From contig NZ_CP006867.1 of the NCBI RefSeq assembly GCF_001481685.1, forward strand, positions 690,001 to 722,000: a stretch of DNA of 32,000 bases, written 5' to 3'. Shown here piece by piece: positions 8,573 through 16,034 of the stretch (positions are counted from its first letter, which is position 1; every line of letters begins with the position of its first letter). Made by a program: the position numbers and the translations under genes. A model generated the notes under the pieces. That model saw only the letters and a list, made by a program, of their open reading frames with translations, had not been told where the DNA came from and did not search any database. Source of the DNA: Ignicoccus islandicus DSM 13165. Its GTDB lineage: Archaea; Thermoproteota; Thermoprotei_A; Sulfolobales; Ignicoccaceae.

Positions 8573-9571
8573 ATGGATAGGAGAATACTTTTCGCTCTTT
8601 CACTAATTGCGGTCAGTACCGAAATAGTAATTGGTCTTAGCATTGACAAGTTCTGGAGCGTCAAGTTACAAGGCACGGAAGGAATAAAGTTTTCGGCAGA
8701 CGGTTACCTAGGCGTAGCCGGAACTGATGGATGTGCGTACGTATTTGATATCCAAGGGAACTTACGTCAGAAGGTGTGTCGAACGGAAGGCATGTCTGAC
8801 GTATCGTCTTTTAAAAACATATTTGCTTTCTCATGTTACGATGGCTACGTTTACGTGATCGATCCAGAGAAGGGATTGGTTGGCGCTCACTTCGTTGGGT
8901 TTGGGAGTAGCGATGCGATTACGTTACTATCAGATGGATACATTGCGTGCAAATGGGATTGCGTCTACTATAAGTTAGGGGAGATTCGTTGGAAGCTCCC
9001 ACTTCATTGGGTTGAGAACGGACCTGCAGTTTACATGAAAACAGTTTATATTCCCGAAAGAGACCTTAAGGAGTTGCTAATAGTATCTTTAGGAAACGGT
9101 GAAATTAGATATCGAATAAGGTTTAGGTCTCCGGTTTGGCATGCAACCGTATGTTCCGGAAACCTCGCAGTGGCAACTTCTAATAGCGTTTATATATTTG
9201 AAATTTTCGATCTGACGAAGCCACGTGAAATACTTGCAATTAATGCAAGCAAACCGTTTAGAGTATCTTTCTCTCCAGATTGTAACTACATAGCTATCGC
9301 GGACGCTTCGAGGTACCTAAAGGTATACGACCTCAAAGGAAACCTAACCCTTAGCATAGAGCTCTCTAATAACGCTACTTCCGTTGATTGGTGGAGCCGA
9401 TACATTGCCGTAGCGCTCGCAGATGGTACAGTCGAGGTTTACGTTATACATGTACCCTTGTTCAAGTCACTCTCTGAGTACTTCTTGCCTATATTAGTGC
9501 TACCGCTACTACTAGCGATCTCTGGAATCATACTTTATAAGAGGAAAAAGGATTCTTATTTAAAATTCTAG
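8573..9571 (+). CDS. Secreted, C-terminally anchored beta-propeller (PD40/WD40-like repeat) protein, paralogue A
   Basis: 332-aa ORF with an N-terminal signal-like hydrophobic segment, repeated DG..YV.D and FSPDCNYIAIAD (PD40-like) motifs, and a C-terminal TM helix followed by a basic tail (YKRKKD). It aligns by eye along its full length with ORF 12131-13177. Confidence 0.7.
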   Translation: MDRRILFALSLIAVSTEIVIGLSIDKFWSVKLQGTEGIKFSADGYLGVAGTDGCAYVFDIQGNLRQKVCRTEGMSDVSSFKNIFAFSCYDGYVYVIDPEKGLVGAHFVGFGSSDAITLLSDGYIACKWDCVYYKLGEIRWKLPLHWVENGPAVYMKTVYIPERDLKELLIVSLGNGEIRYRIRFRSPVWHATVCSGNLAVATSNSVYIFEIFDLTKPREILAINASKPFRVSFSPDCNYIAIADASRYLKVYDLKGNLTLSIELSNNATSVDWWSRYIAVALADGTVEVYVIHVPLFKSLSEYFLPILVLPLLLAISGIILYKRKKDSYLKF

Positions 9572-9589
9572 CCTAGTAATGGTACTAAC

Positions 9590-9674
9590 GCCCCGCCGTT
9601 CCCGGCGACGGCTGGGATGCCTCACACCGGCGAACGCCGGTGGATGGGCAAACCCGCCTCCACGGCGGGGCACA
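9590..9674 (+). ncRNA. GC-rich structured RNA candidate, H/ACA-like single hairpin
   Basis: A perfect 10-bp closing helix, GCCCCGCCGT (9590-9599) with ACGGCGGGGC (9662-9671), is immediately followed by ACA (9672-9674). An internal 7-8 bp hairpin pairs CACCGGCG with CGCCGGTG (9625-9642). GA dinucleotides next to that hairpin could form a K-turn or K-loop. By hand count about three quarters of the element is G+C, against an AT-richer background. Confidence 0.4.
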
Positions 9675-9712
9675 TAAACTTCCCCTAGGCATATGCGCTT
9701 GGGCCGAAGATA

Positions 9713-11215
9713 ATGGACTGGTTAAAGAAAATAGCAGACGAAATAATAAAGAGAGGAGGTAAGGCGTTCGTTATCGCTTCAGGCATGACTACCTCAGGAC
9801 CAGCTCACTTAGGTACGTTAAGTGAATTCATTTACCCATATTCTATAGCTCAAGAACTAAAGAAGAGGGGCTACGATGCGGAATTCATATTCGTTGCAGA
9901 CATTATGGACGCATTCGATGACATACCTCTAACTCTGAAAGACAAGGCAGAAGAGCTGAAGAAGTACCTAGGCAAGCCGCTCGCAGAGGTTCCAGATCCC
10001 TATGGTTGCCACGACAGCTACGGCGAGCACTTCCTCGCGGAATTTTTGGAACTCATGAAGAGGTTTGGAATAGAGCCTGACGAAGTGTTTAAGGCATCTG
10101 ATCTATACAAAGAAGGATGGTATGACGACTACTTGAGGTTATTTGTTGAAAGGAGAACTGAATTGAAAAAGATAATGGAAGAAACCGCTATGAGGAAGCT
10201 GCCCGAAGATTGGTGGGACTTCGTTAAGCCAATATGTGAGAAGTGTGGAAGGATAGATAAAACGAAGGTAAAGAAGGTCGAAGGCGATAAAATATATTAC
10301 AAATGCGAAGCATGCGGTCACGAAGGATCAATCGATATATCTTCTCATAGATGGAAGCTTGCGTGGAGAGTCGATTGGCCTTCTAGGCAAGATTTCTTGG
10401 GCGTAGATGCGGAAGGAGGCGGAGTGGATCACTTCACTAAGGGAGGTTCGTGGGATACGGCCCGAGAGATACATAAGAGAATTTTCGGGAAAGAACCACC
10501 AGTTGGTTTCAGGTACGGATTCGTACTAATGGATGGTAAGAAAATGAGTAAGAGTAAGGGTATAGGAGCTCTCAACGAAATAATGGCCTTACTTCACCCA
10601 GCGGTAATTATGTACTTCATTCTGAAACACGATATCGTTGAAAACAAGAACTTCAAAATGAACCCAAGGTTCCTGCTTCAGTTATATGAAGAATATAGGA
10701 GGGTTGCCCTCGGGGAAGATAAGGACCCCAAGAGAGTGAAAGCGTGGGAACTAAGTGGTAAAAAGGTGTGGAAAGTAGGTTTCGCTGATCTCTTAGTGTA
10801 TTACCAGATATATAGGGATTGGAAGAAGGTTGCAGAACTCGTTGGAGACGTTGAATCCATCAAAGACTTAGCACCGTACGTTGAGGAATGGATCAAGAGG
10901 AACTTCGTTCCAGATGAATATAAGGTAGAAATTAAACAAGGAAAAGTTGGCGATCCCAAAGGCTGCGAGTTCCTTTCAAAGCTAGCTCAATTACTTAAAG
11001 AAGAGATGAGCGATGTAGAGATACATAACGCAATTTACGAAATAGCGAGAGAACTCGGACTCTCTCCCAAAGAGGCATTCAAGTACGTGTATCGGGTTTT
11101 GTTAGATAGCGACCGGGGACCGAGAGCTGGGAGATTGATCAAAGCTATAGGGGTAAAGAGGGCAAGGGACATGTTCCTTAAGGCTTGCGAAGACGAACCC
11201 TCAAAAGTACGTTAA
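9713..11215 (+). CDS. lysS: Lysyl-tRNA synthetase, class I
   Basis: 500-aa ORF with a HIGH-type motif (GPAHLGT) and KMSKSKG. AEVPDPYGCHDSYGEHF and KLAWRVDWPSRQ match archaeal class I LysRS from memory. A CxxC...CxxC zinc knuckle is present. Confidence 0.9.
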   Translation: MDWLKKIADEIIKRGGKAFVIASGMTTSGPAHLGTLSEFIYPYSIAQELKKRGYDAEFIFVADIMDAFDDIPLTLKDKAEELKKYLGKPLAEVPDPYGCHDSYGEHFLAEFLELMKRFGIEPDEVFKASDLYKEGWYDDYLRLFVERRTELKKIMEETAMRKLPEDWWDFVKPICEKCGRIDKTKVKKVEGDKIYYKCEACGHEGSIDISSHRWKLAWRVDWPSRQDFLGVDAEGGGVDHFTKGGSWDTAREIHKRIFGKEPPVGFRYGFVLMDGKKMSKSKGIGALNEIMALLHPAVIMYFILKHDIVENKNFKMNPRFLLQLYEEYRRVALGEDKDPKRVKAWELSGKKVWKVGFADLLVYYQIYRDWKKVAELVGDVESIKDLAPYVEEWIKRNFVPDEYKVEIKQGKVGDPKGCEFLSKLAQLLKEEMSDVEIHNAIYEIARELGLSPKEAFKYVYRVLLDSDRGPRAGRLIKAIGVKRARDMFLKACEDEPSKVR

Positions 11216-11339
11216 GTCAAAGAGAAGGAATATTTAGCTAAAAGTGTATCTTTATGGTCGGGAATAATAACGTGGAGTCCGATAACTCAACATTGGTCGT
11301 TGCGGCATGGGGGGACGTTTATTAGGGTTAATTAGGGTA

Positions 11340-12062
11340 GTTTGCTGTAGATTAGGAGCCCTTGCGGGGCGATGGGAGCAACGTTCCAAGCTCCTTAGGG
11401 CGCCTTATCCTAGATGGGAGCCCCGTGCCTAACTTAGGTGAGATATAATGAAGAAGTCTTCATGCAAATCTACTCTACCCGAATGGGTGAGAGGTTGGTT
11501 AGCTGGGATAATTGATGGCGAGGGCACAATTACCCTTAAAAAGAAACGGCGAAAAGATAATGGGAATATTAACTATATACCCTTGACAGTTATAAATAAC
11601 ACTAACTTAGAGTTTCTTGAGAGAATTAAAGAAATTTGTGGATGTGGAACAATAGCACAACAATCTTCCTCGTATACAAAGAAACATCCAAATTGGAACT
11701 TAATTTATAGGCTGGAAATAAAAGGTTCATTTAATGTAAAAACTCTACTGAAACAAGTTTATCCGTATCTAATCATAAAACGTAAGCACGCCGAGATAGT
11801 TATGAGAATATGTGAAGAGAACATTAGAGCGTATTCGTTAAACCGACCAGCAAATACAGAATACTTGGAGAAACTCATTCAAGAACTTAAGTCTTTAGCA
11901 AAGGGAGGAAGAAGAAGCGCTGTTGGGCTCGATGGCCGCCCATGACCCCACAGCCTCCAAGAGGGGTTGTGGACGAAGTGGAAGTCTCTAGAGGCGACCC
12001 TTATCTTACAAGGGAAGACCCTCTAGGCACAAACGGCATCTTCCCGATAACGTTCGAATCGG
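11340..12062 (+). mobile_element. Intron-like or mobile RNA element carrying the LAGLIDADG ORF (boundaries uncertain)
   Basis: An A+T-rich ORF is embedded between GC-rich segments dense with helices. Upstream these are 11354-59/11390-95 and 11364-70/11420-26. Downstream they are 11948-55/11965-72, 11988-94/12020-26, 11998-12002/12010-14, 12012-18/12039-45 and 12044-48/12058-62. A possible long-range pairing joins GTGCCTA (11424-30) with TAGGCAC (12024-30). I could not identify a host gene or a clean bulge-helix-bulge motif. Confidence 0.35.
11448..11945 (+). CDS. LAGLIDADG homing endonuclease, single-motif (I-CreI-like homodimer type)
   Basis: 165-aa ORF with WLAGIIDGEGTI, a canonical LAGLIDADG motif with the catalytic acidic residue. 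The downstream pattern (NL.FL..I....G.G.I, Y.L.I, LL..V.PYL..K...A) is colinear with I-CreI-type enzymes. A strong SD, AGGTGA (11436-11441), lies 6 nt upstream of the ATG. The ORF is visibly more A+T-rich than its flanks. Confidence 0.85.
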   Translation: MKKSSCKSTLPEWVRGWLAGIIDGEGTITLKKKRRKDNGNINYIPLTVINNTNLEFLERIKEICGCGTIAQQSSSYTKKHPNWNLIYRLEIKGSFNVKTLLKQVYPYLIIKRKHAEIVMRICEENIRAYSLNRPANTEYLEKLIQELKSLAKGGRRSAVGLDGRP

Positions 12063-12130
12063 AGCGTAATTATTCATCGAGAACCAGCTCGAAGGGGGTT
12101 AGGAAAGCGAATACCCATTTAAAAACTAGG

Positions 12131-13177
12131 TTACTCCCTCTTCCTCCTCAGCTTAGGCATCAAGAACGCAGCTGCCAGAGCAATGACCGGAATCTTCGAT
12201 ATGTTCAGCGTAGTGGTGGAACTGGAAGTCGTCGTGGTTGTCGTAGTAGTGGTTGTTACTGGCTGAGGGGTATATCCAACTACTCGGTACATCTCAACCT
12301 TACCGTCCCAATTACCTCCGTCATGGAGCAAGTAGCCAACTGCTAGCCTATCCCTCCACCAAGCTACGCTCCAAGTTCCGCCCATGTACTTGGAATAGAC
12401 CACGTCCCCGTTAATGTCGAATATATTGAGCATGTTGCGGGTATCGGCCACTGCTATGTACTTGCAATCCGGAGAGAAGGCAGGAGTGTGTTCCCCCCAA
12501 CCAACGTTCAGCCCGACGCTCTTCCACAACAGCCTAGGATTGACTGGATCGGAGATATCGTAAACGTACAGCTCATCAGCGATTACCGCTAGGTAGTTCC
12601 CGCAAGCGTTGACGCTACCGGTATAGTAATCGTAGCTTATCTCCTTGACTATTTCCCCAGTGTCTAAGTCAAGTATTTGGAGCTTGTAGCTCCCATGGTT
12701 AGCTGCGTAAACGTAGCCCTTGTGGACTACGACGTCTTGAACCTCACCGCCAACGTTAGTGTCCCAGTACTTATTCCCATTGAAGTCGTACTTGGCACAG
12801 TACCCATCGCAAGCTATGAAGCCTTTATCGAAGAGGACAATTGCAGTATCGTGGCTGTCCCCAACCGCTATCTTCTTCCAGAAGGTTCCGTTTTCGTAGA
12901 AGAGGTAGACGTAGTCATCGAGATTGACGAACCCGAACACTCCGTTGGAGTAGCCGGCCCCATCCATACTATATCTTCCGCACTTCTTCCCAAGCAAGTT
13001 CCCGTTGGGATCAACAATGTAGGCGCAATTGTCCCAAGAGGCTATTCCCAAGTTGCCGTTGGACGAGAGGGCCATGTCTCCAATGACATCGCTAGGCTGA
13101 TCGAAGGTCCACAAGAGCTGTAAGTCCAATGCGTGTAGGGCTACCGCTAGCAGAGCTAAGGCGAGAGGTATCCTCAT
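12131..13177 (-). CDS. Secreted, C-terminally anchored beta-propeller (PD40/WD40-like repeat) protein, paralogue B, with Thr/Ser stalk
   Basis: 348-aa ORF with a signal peptide-like N-terminus (ALALLAVALHA), CAYIVDPNGN, FSPDCKYIAVAD and WSVAWW motifs colinear with ORF 8573-9571. It ends with a T10-S3-T3 linker, a TM helix and a basic tail (KLRRKRE). Confidence 0.75.
   Translation of the reverse strand: MRIPLALALLAVALHALDLQLLWTFDQPSDVIGDMALSSNGNLGIASWDNCAYIVDPNGNLLGKKCGRYSMDGAGYSNGVFGFVNLDDYVYLFYENGTFWKKIAVGDSHDTAIVLFDKGFIACDGYCAKYDFNGNKYWDTNVGGEVQDVVVHKGYVYAANHGSYKLQILDLDTGEIVKEISYDYYTGSVNACGNYLAVIADELYVYDISDPVNPRLLWKSVGLNVGWGEHTPAFSPDCKYIAVADTRNMLNIFDINGDVVYSKYMGGTWSVAWWRDRLAVGYLLHDGGNWDGKVEMYRVVGYTPQPVTTTTTTTTTTSSSTTTLNISKIPVIALAAAFLMPKLRRKRE
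12209..12256 (-). repeat. Low-complexity Thr10-Ser3-Thr3 coding tract (probable O-glycosylated stalk)
   Basis: Sixteen consecutive Thr/Ser codons using mixed synonymous codons (ACN/TCC/AGT), read directly from the sequence. Confidence 0.8.
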
Positions 13178-13649
13178 TCTAAAACGTCCTCACGTAACGT
13201 AATTTACTAGCGAACCCTATTATAGTTAATTACTATTTTACATTGTCTTCATTTGCTATATATCGTTGTTCAGAAAATCTAGAAAACAGGTAAACATAAG
13301 GGTATGGGACTATCAGAGTGGGACCGGAGTATAAAGTATAAGCTGGAGCTTCCCGGAGGGTATCGATGGAAGTATACCAACGTTATCAAGAGACTCATGA
13401 GGGCTTTGCGGAACATCCGAAGAGATTACGAAAACTTATCGAATCCGTTCGTGTAAGGGATTTCTCCCATCAACTTCTGCGTCACGCACTACGTATGATA
13501 CGTCATACGCCTCCTCGAGTCTTAGTATATAGATCGACTGTCTCTAATAATATGTTTGTTTAATTCTGAGGTAGTTCCTTGAAAACTCTCGCACATAAAT
13601 ACGAGAAGTTTAACTATAAAATTGCATCCTTAGAGGAGGGATCACTAAT

Positions 13650-15162
13650 ATGTACAATAAATCAATATTGGTCGTTGCTGTATGGGGAGTTCCCTTCGGT
13701 TGAGAGAAGGTCGAGTATGTCCTTCCGAACTCATCTGAAACCTTCGTTTGCAGATCCTCAACGTTTCCATTGCTTCTCCAACTTTGTAGAGACGGGAAGA
13801 ACGTATACGAAAAAGTATTCCTTTTGGACTCGTCTGTTTTAGTTCGTTCGAGAAATGAGTGCGTTCAAAGGACAACAACATCAGATAAGCTACCGGAGGC
13901 TTCTAACAGCTATAATGAAGTGATTAAGTACGTTAAACAGAGAACGTTCGAGTGGGGTCCGAAAATGCGGTTGCCCGGATCACGAATACGTTAGTGAAAT
14001 AATAACGTTCTCGGTAAACCAAACGTAGGTAGGTACGGTAATTGGGAATACAGCTATTTCATGAGAAATAGCGTAGAACCTTATTCGTTAGCATACCCAT
14101 TAATGGTTTTAGACCTATTAAGGACGGTAATCGAATAGGAAACCAGATGAAATAGTAGTAGATCTCTCTCACGGCCCGAATTACGTAGTCGCTTCCCTAA
14201 AGGACGCCGTCCTTGACGTGGCTAAGTTATATTCCATGACCCTCCAGCGAGAAGTAAAGGTAGTGTTCTATAATAGCAACCCATTACCTTTTCCATTTCC
14301 GAAAAGCGAAATCCCTCGAATACCGATCCATAAAACAGACGAAGTTCTAATAAGTCCCCGAGAAGCGGCCGAAGACGTAGCCCTTGAATTAAATAGAAAA
14401 GGCGAGTCACCTAAATCCATACTAAAGCTTGATTCAAGATTTTTTGAGGGAGGGGAAGCTAGTGAGTATCATAGGGTTCTAGATAGCGCATTTAAAGTAA
14501 ATGCGAATTTACTAAGAAAGTACTCAATAGCCTCGGCCAGGGTCTTCGCTTATTCGATGGCCCTGGCGGGGGCTTATATCGCTCGAAATCTACTCAGCTT
14601 CAATTACGATTATTTGAAAGGAGCAAAGCACCTCGCAGATACGCTCTTTAATGGACTAATAAGTAAAACCTTAATCAATAGATCCTCAAAGAGAATAGAA
14701 TTACCTATGAGGGTAAAGGGTAAGGAATTAGTTGCCTTGCTAAAGGCCTTCGCACTAAGCTATTACATTTTAAAGAAATACGAATCCGAGCTTGGTACTC
14801 AGAGACTTGCTGAGGTGGAGGGAGAAGGACTCAGTCTCAATGAAATGGAATTAATGTCGCCACACCTAAGTAGCTTCTACAAGAGCGTACTCGAATCGGA
14901 AATTAATGACTATGAAAGGAAATGCGTTAACGAGAACAAGGGTTGCGATATTGTAATAGATAAAGGGAGGTGGTCCAACGAAGAATGCAATATCAGTTCT
15001 CCTAATCCTCGACATATGAAGGCCCATATAGGTCTTGAGAAAAACCTCGTCGAAAGCAGAATAGATAATGGAATCTTACGAATTAGGTATAGGAAATTGG
15101 AAGGGAAATATTCGAAATGCTGGAAGAAGATACTTGATGAATTATCTAAGCCCCAGTTTTAG
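13650..15162 (+). pseudogene. csx1: Decayed CRISPR-associated CARF-HEPN gene (Csx1 / DxTHG-motif family)
   Basis: The frame starting at ATG 13650 reads MYNKSILVVAVWGVPFG-TGA-EKVEYVL, with a stop at 13701 where the family has Trp (WG.P.GW..V.Y). Further in-frame stops are TAG TGA at 13992-13997 and TAG at about 14131. Between those stops the same frame reads KPNVGRYGNW..F. A +1 shift then leads into ..IVVDLSHGPNY (the DxTHG motif, 14161-14181). This runs on into an intact 314-codon ORF (14218-15162) that carries an R-x4-H HEPN motif in the context PRHMKAHIGLEKN. Confidence 0.75.
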
Positions 15163-15167
15163 TGAAG

Positions 15168-15255
15168 TGGTGCGGGGGGTGGGATTTGAACCCACGCAGG
15201 CCTACGCCATCGGGTCCTGAGCCCGACCCCTTTGGCCAGGCTCGGGCACCCCCGC
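15168..15255 (-). tRNA. tRNA-Leu (anticodon CAG), class II long variable arm, CCA encoded
   Basis: The reverse complement folds as a cloverleaf. Acceptor stem GCGGGGG/CCCCCGC. D-loop AGCCTGGCCAAA. Anticodon stem TCGGG/CCCGA with loop CTCAGGA. Variable arm GGC-GTAG-GCC. T arm GTGGG-TTCAAAT-CCCAC. Discriminator A followed by CCA. No intron. Confidence 0.93.
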
Positions 15256-15280
15256 AGCGCCGGTAAGGCCAACTATAAGA

Positions 15281-15290
15281 AAATTTAAGA
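15281..15290 (-). promoter_or_regulatory. Putative TATA box for tRNA-Leu
   Basis: The minus strand reads TTAAATTT, 26-35 nt upstream of the tRNA 5' end. It overlaps the stop codon of the HAD gene. Confidence 0.35.
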
Positions 15291-16034
15291 GCTTAACCCT
15301 CTTGCCTTAAGTAACTCTTTAGCGAACCAAGCGAAGCCCTTTCCAGCAGGGTACGGGGTTACTATATCAGCATGCTTCTTCAAAACGTCTTGTGCGTCGC
15401 TAACGGCAACCCCTATGCCAGCTAATTTTATCATGTCGAGATCGTTTTCGGCGTCGCCAACGGCAGCCAACTTCTCTAACGGTATACCGAACCTCTTCAA
15501 GATCCTCTCTACACCTAGTCCCTTCCCGCATCTCTCTGGCATTACGTGTATCGCGTGACGACTCGCTTTCACCCTTATACCGTGCTTTAGGTAGCCGAAC
15601 TCTCTCAGTATTTCCTCAGCCTTCTGGGCATCGCTTTCCTTTACCTCACCCGTAGGAGAGTTCAAGGCGAAATCGCACATTCTCCAAGGGTTTTGCCAGG
15701 AAGGTTTCCAACCGTTTGTAGATAGTACCTTTAGTAGTATTTCGGCAGCCTCTTTCGCTACATTACATAATTCCTCGTCTACCACCAATTCCCTCCAATT
15801 GAAGTCTCCTACGCCACAACCGTTCTCGAATACAGTAGGTGCGGAGGTACCTAGATATCTCTTTAAGGTAGCAACGATAGGGAAGCTGTTACCACTTACC
15901 AGTATGACCCTTATTCCATATCTTTCCAATTCCCTCAGCGCTTTTATCGCATCTATATCCAAGACGAAGGAAATTCCCTCTGTTAAGGTACCATCTACGT
16001 CTGCAGCAACAACTTCTACTTTTGAGAGGTCCAT
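15285..16034 (-). CDS. HAD-IIB family phosphatase, archaeal phosphoglycolate phosphatase-like
   Basis: 249-aa ORF with AADVDGTLT (motif I), VSGNS (motif II) and GDAENDLDM (motif IV). The ENG and cap region resemble the archaeal PGP/SPP-like subfamily. Confidence 0.75.
   Translation of the reverse strand: MDLSKVEVVAADVDGTLTEGISFVLDIDAIKALRELERYGIRVILVSGNSFPIVATLKRYLGTSAPTVFENGCGVGDFNWRELVVDEELCNVAKEAAEILLKVLSTNGWKPSWQNPWRMCDFALNSPTGEVKESDAQKAEEILREFGYLKHGIRVKASRHAIHVMPERCGKGLGVERILKRFGIPLEKLAAVGDAENDLDMIKLAGIGVAVSDAQDVLKKHADIVTPYPAGKGFAWFAKELLKARGLSS

Noticed and set aside
11374-11382. GGGAGCAAC, reminiscent of the SRP RNA helix-8 motif. This raised the idea that the endonuclease interrupts an SRP or RNase P RNA gene.
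   Set aside because: There is no GNAR-capped helix 8 context and no extended 5'/3' pairing. The RNase P CR-I/CR-V sequences (GAGGAAAGUCC, ACAGAA..CGGCUUA) are absent. AT-rich stretches in the flanks are also atypical for those RNAs in thermophiles. The idea is kept only as one hypothesis to test with covariance models.
12052-12060. GTTCGAATC, a tRNA T-loop-like sequence downstream of the endonuclease ORF.
   Set aside because: The flanking bases do not form a 5-bp T stem (only 2 bp), and no acceptor, D or anticodon arms can be built. The local pairing is better explained as a CCGAT/ATCGG hairpin.
11942-12346. 134-aa + strand ORF immediately after the LAGLIDADG gene.
   Set aside because: Its first half reads through the GC-rich hairpin region. 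Its second half is antisense to the well-supported propeller gene, where Arg/Ser/Gly-rich shadow translation arises from the Thr-codon tract. No motif was recognised.
13366-13563. 65-aa ORF in the A+T-rich region, plus the overlapping short ORFs 13579-13842 (+) and 13645-13881 (-).
   Set aside because: No motifs or coupling signals were found. The ORFs at 13579-13842 and 13645-13881 are alternative-frame or antisense readings of the csx1-like pseudogene.
13178-13649. Search for a CRISPR array or leader next to the csx1-like relic, including the perfect hairpin CGTATGA-TACG-TCATACG at 13492-13509.
   Set aside because: I saw no regularly spaced direct repeats anywhere in 13178-14217 or elsewhere in the window. 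The single palindrome is isolated.
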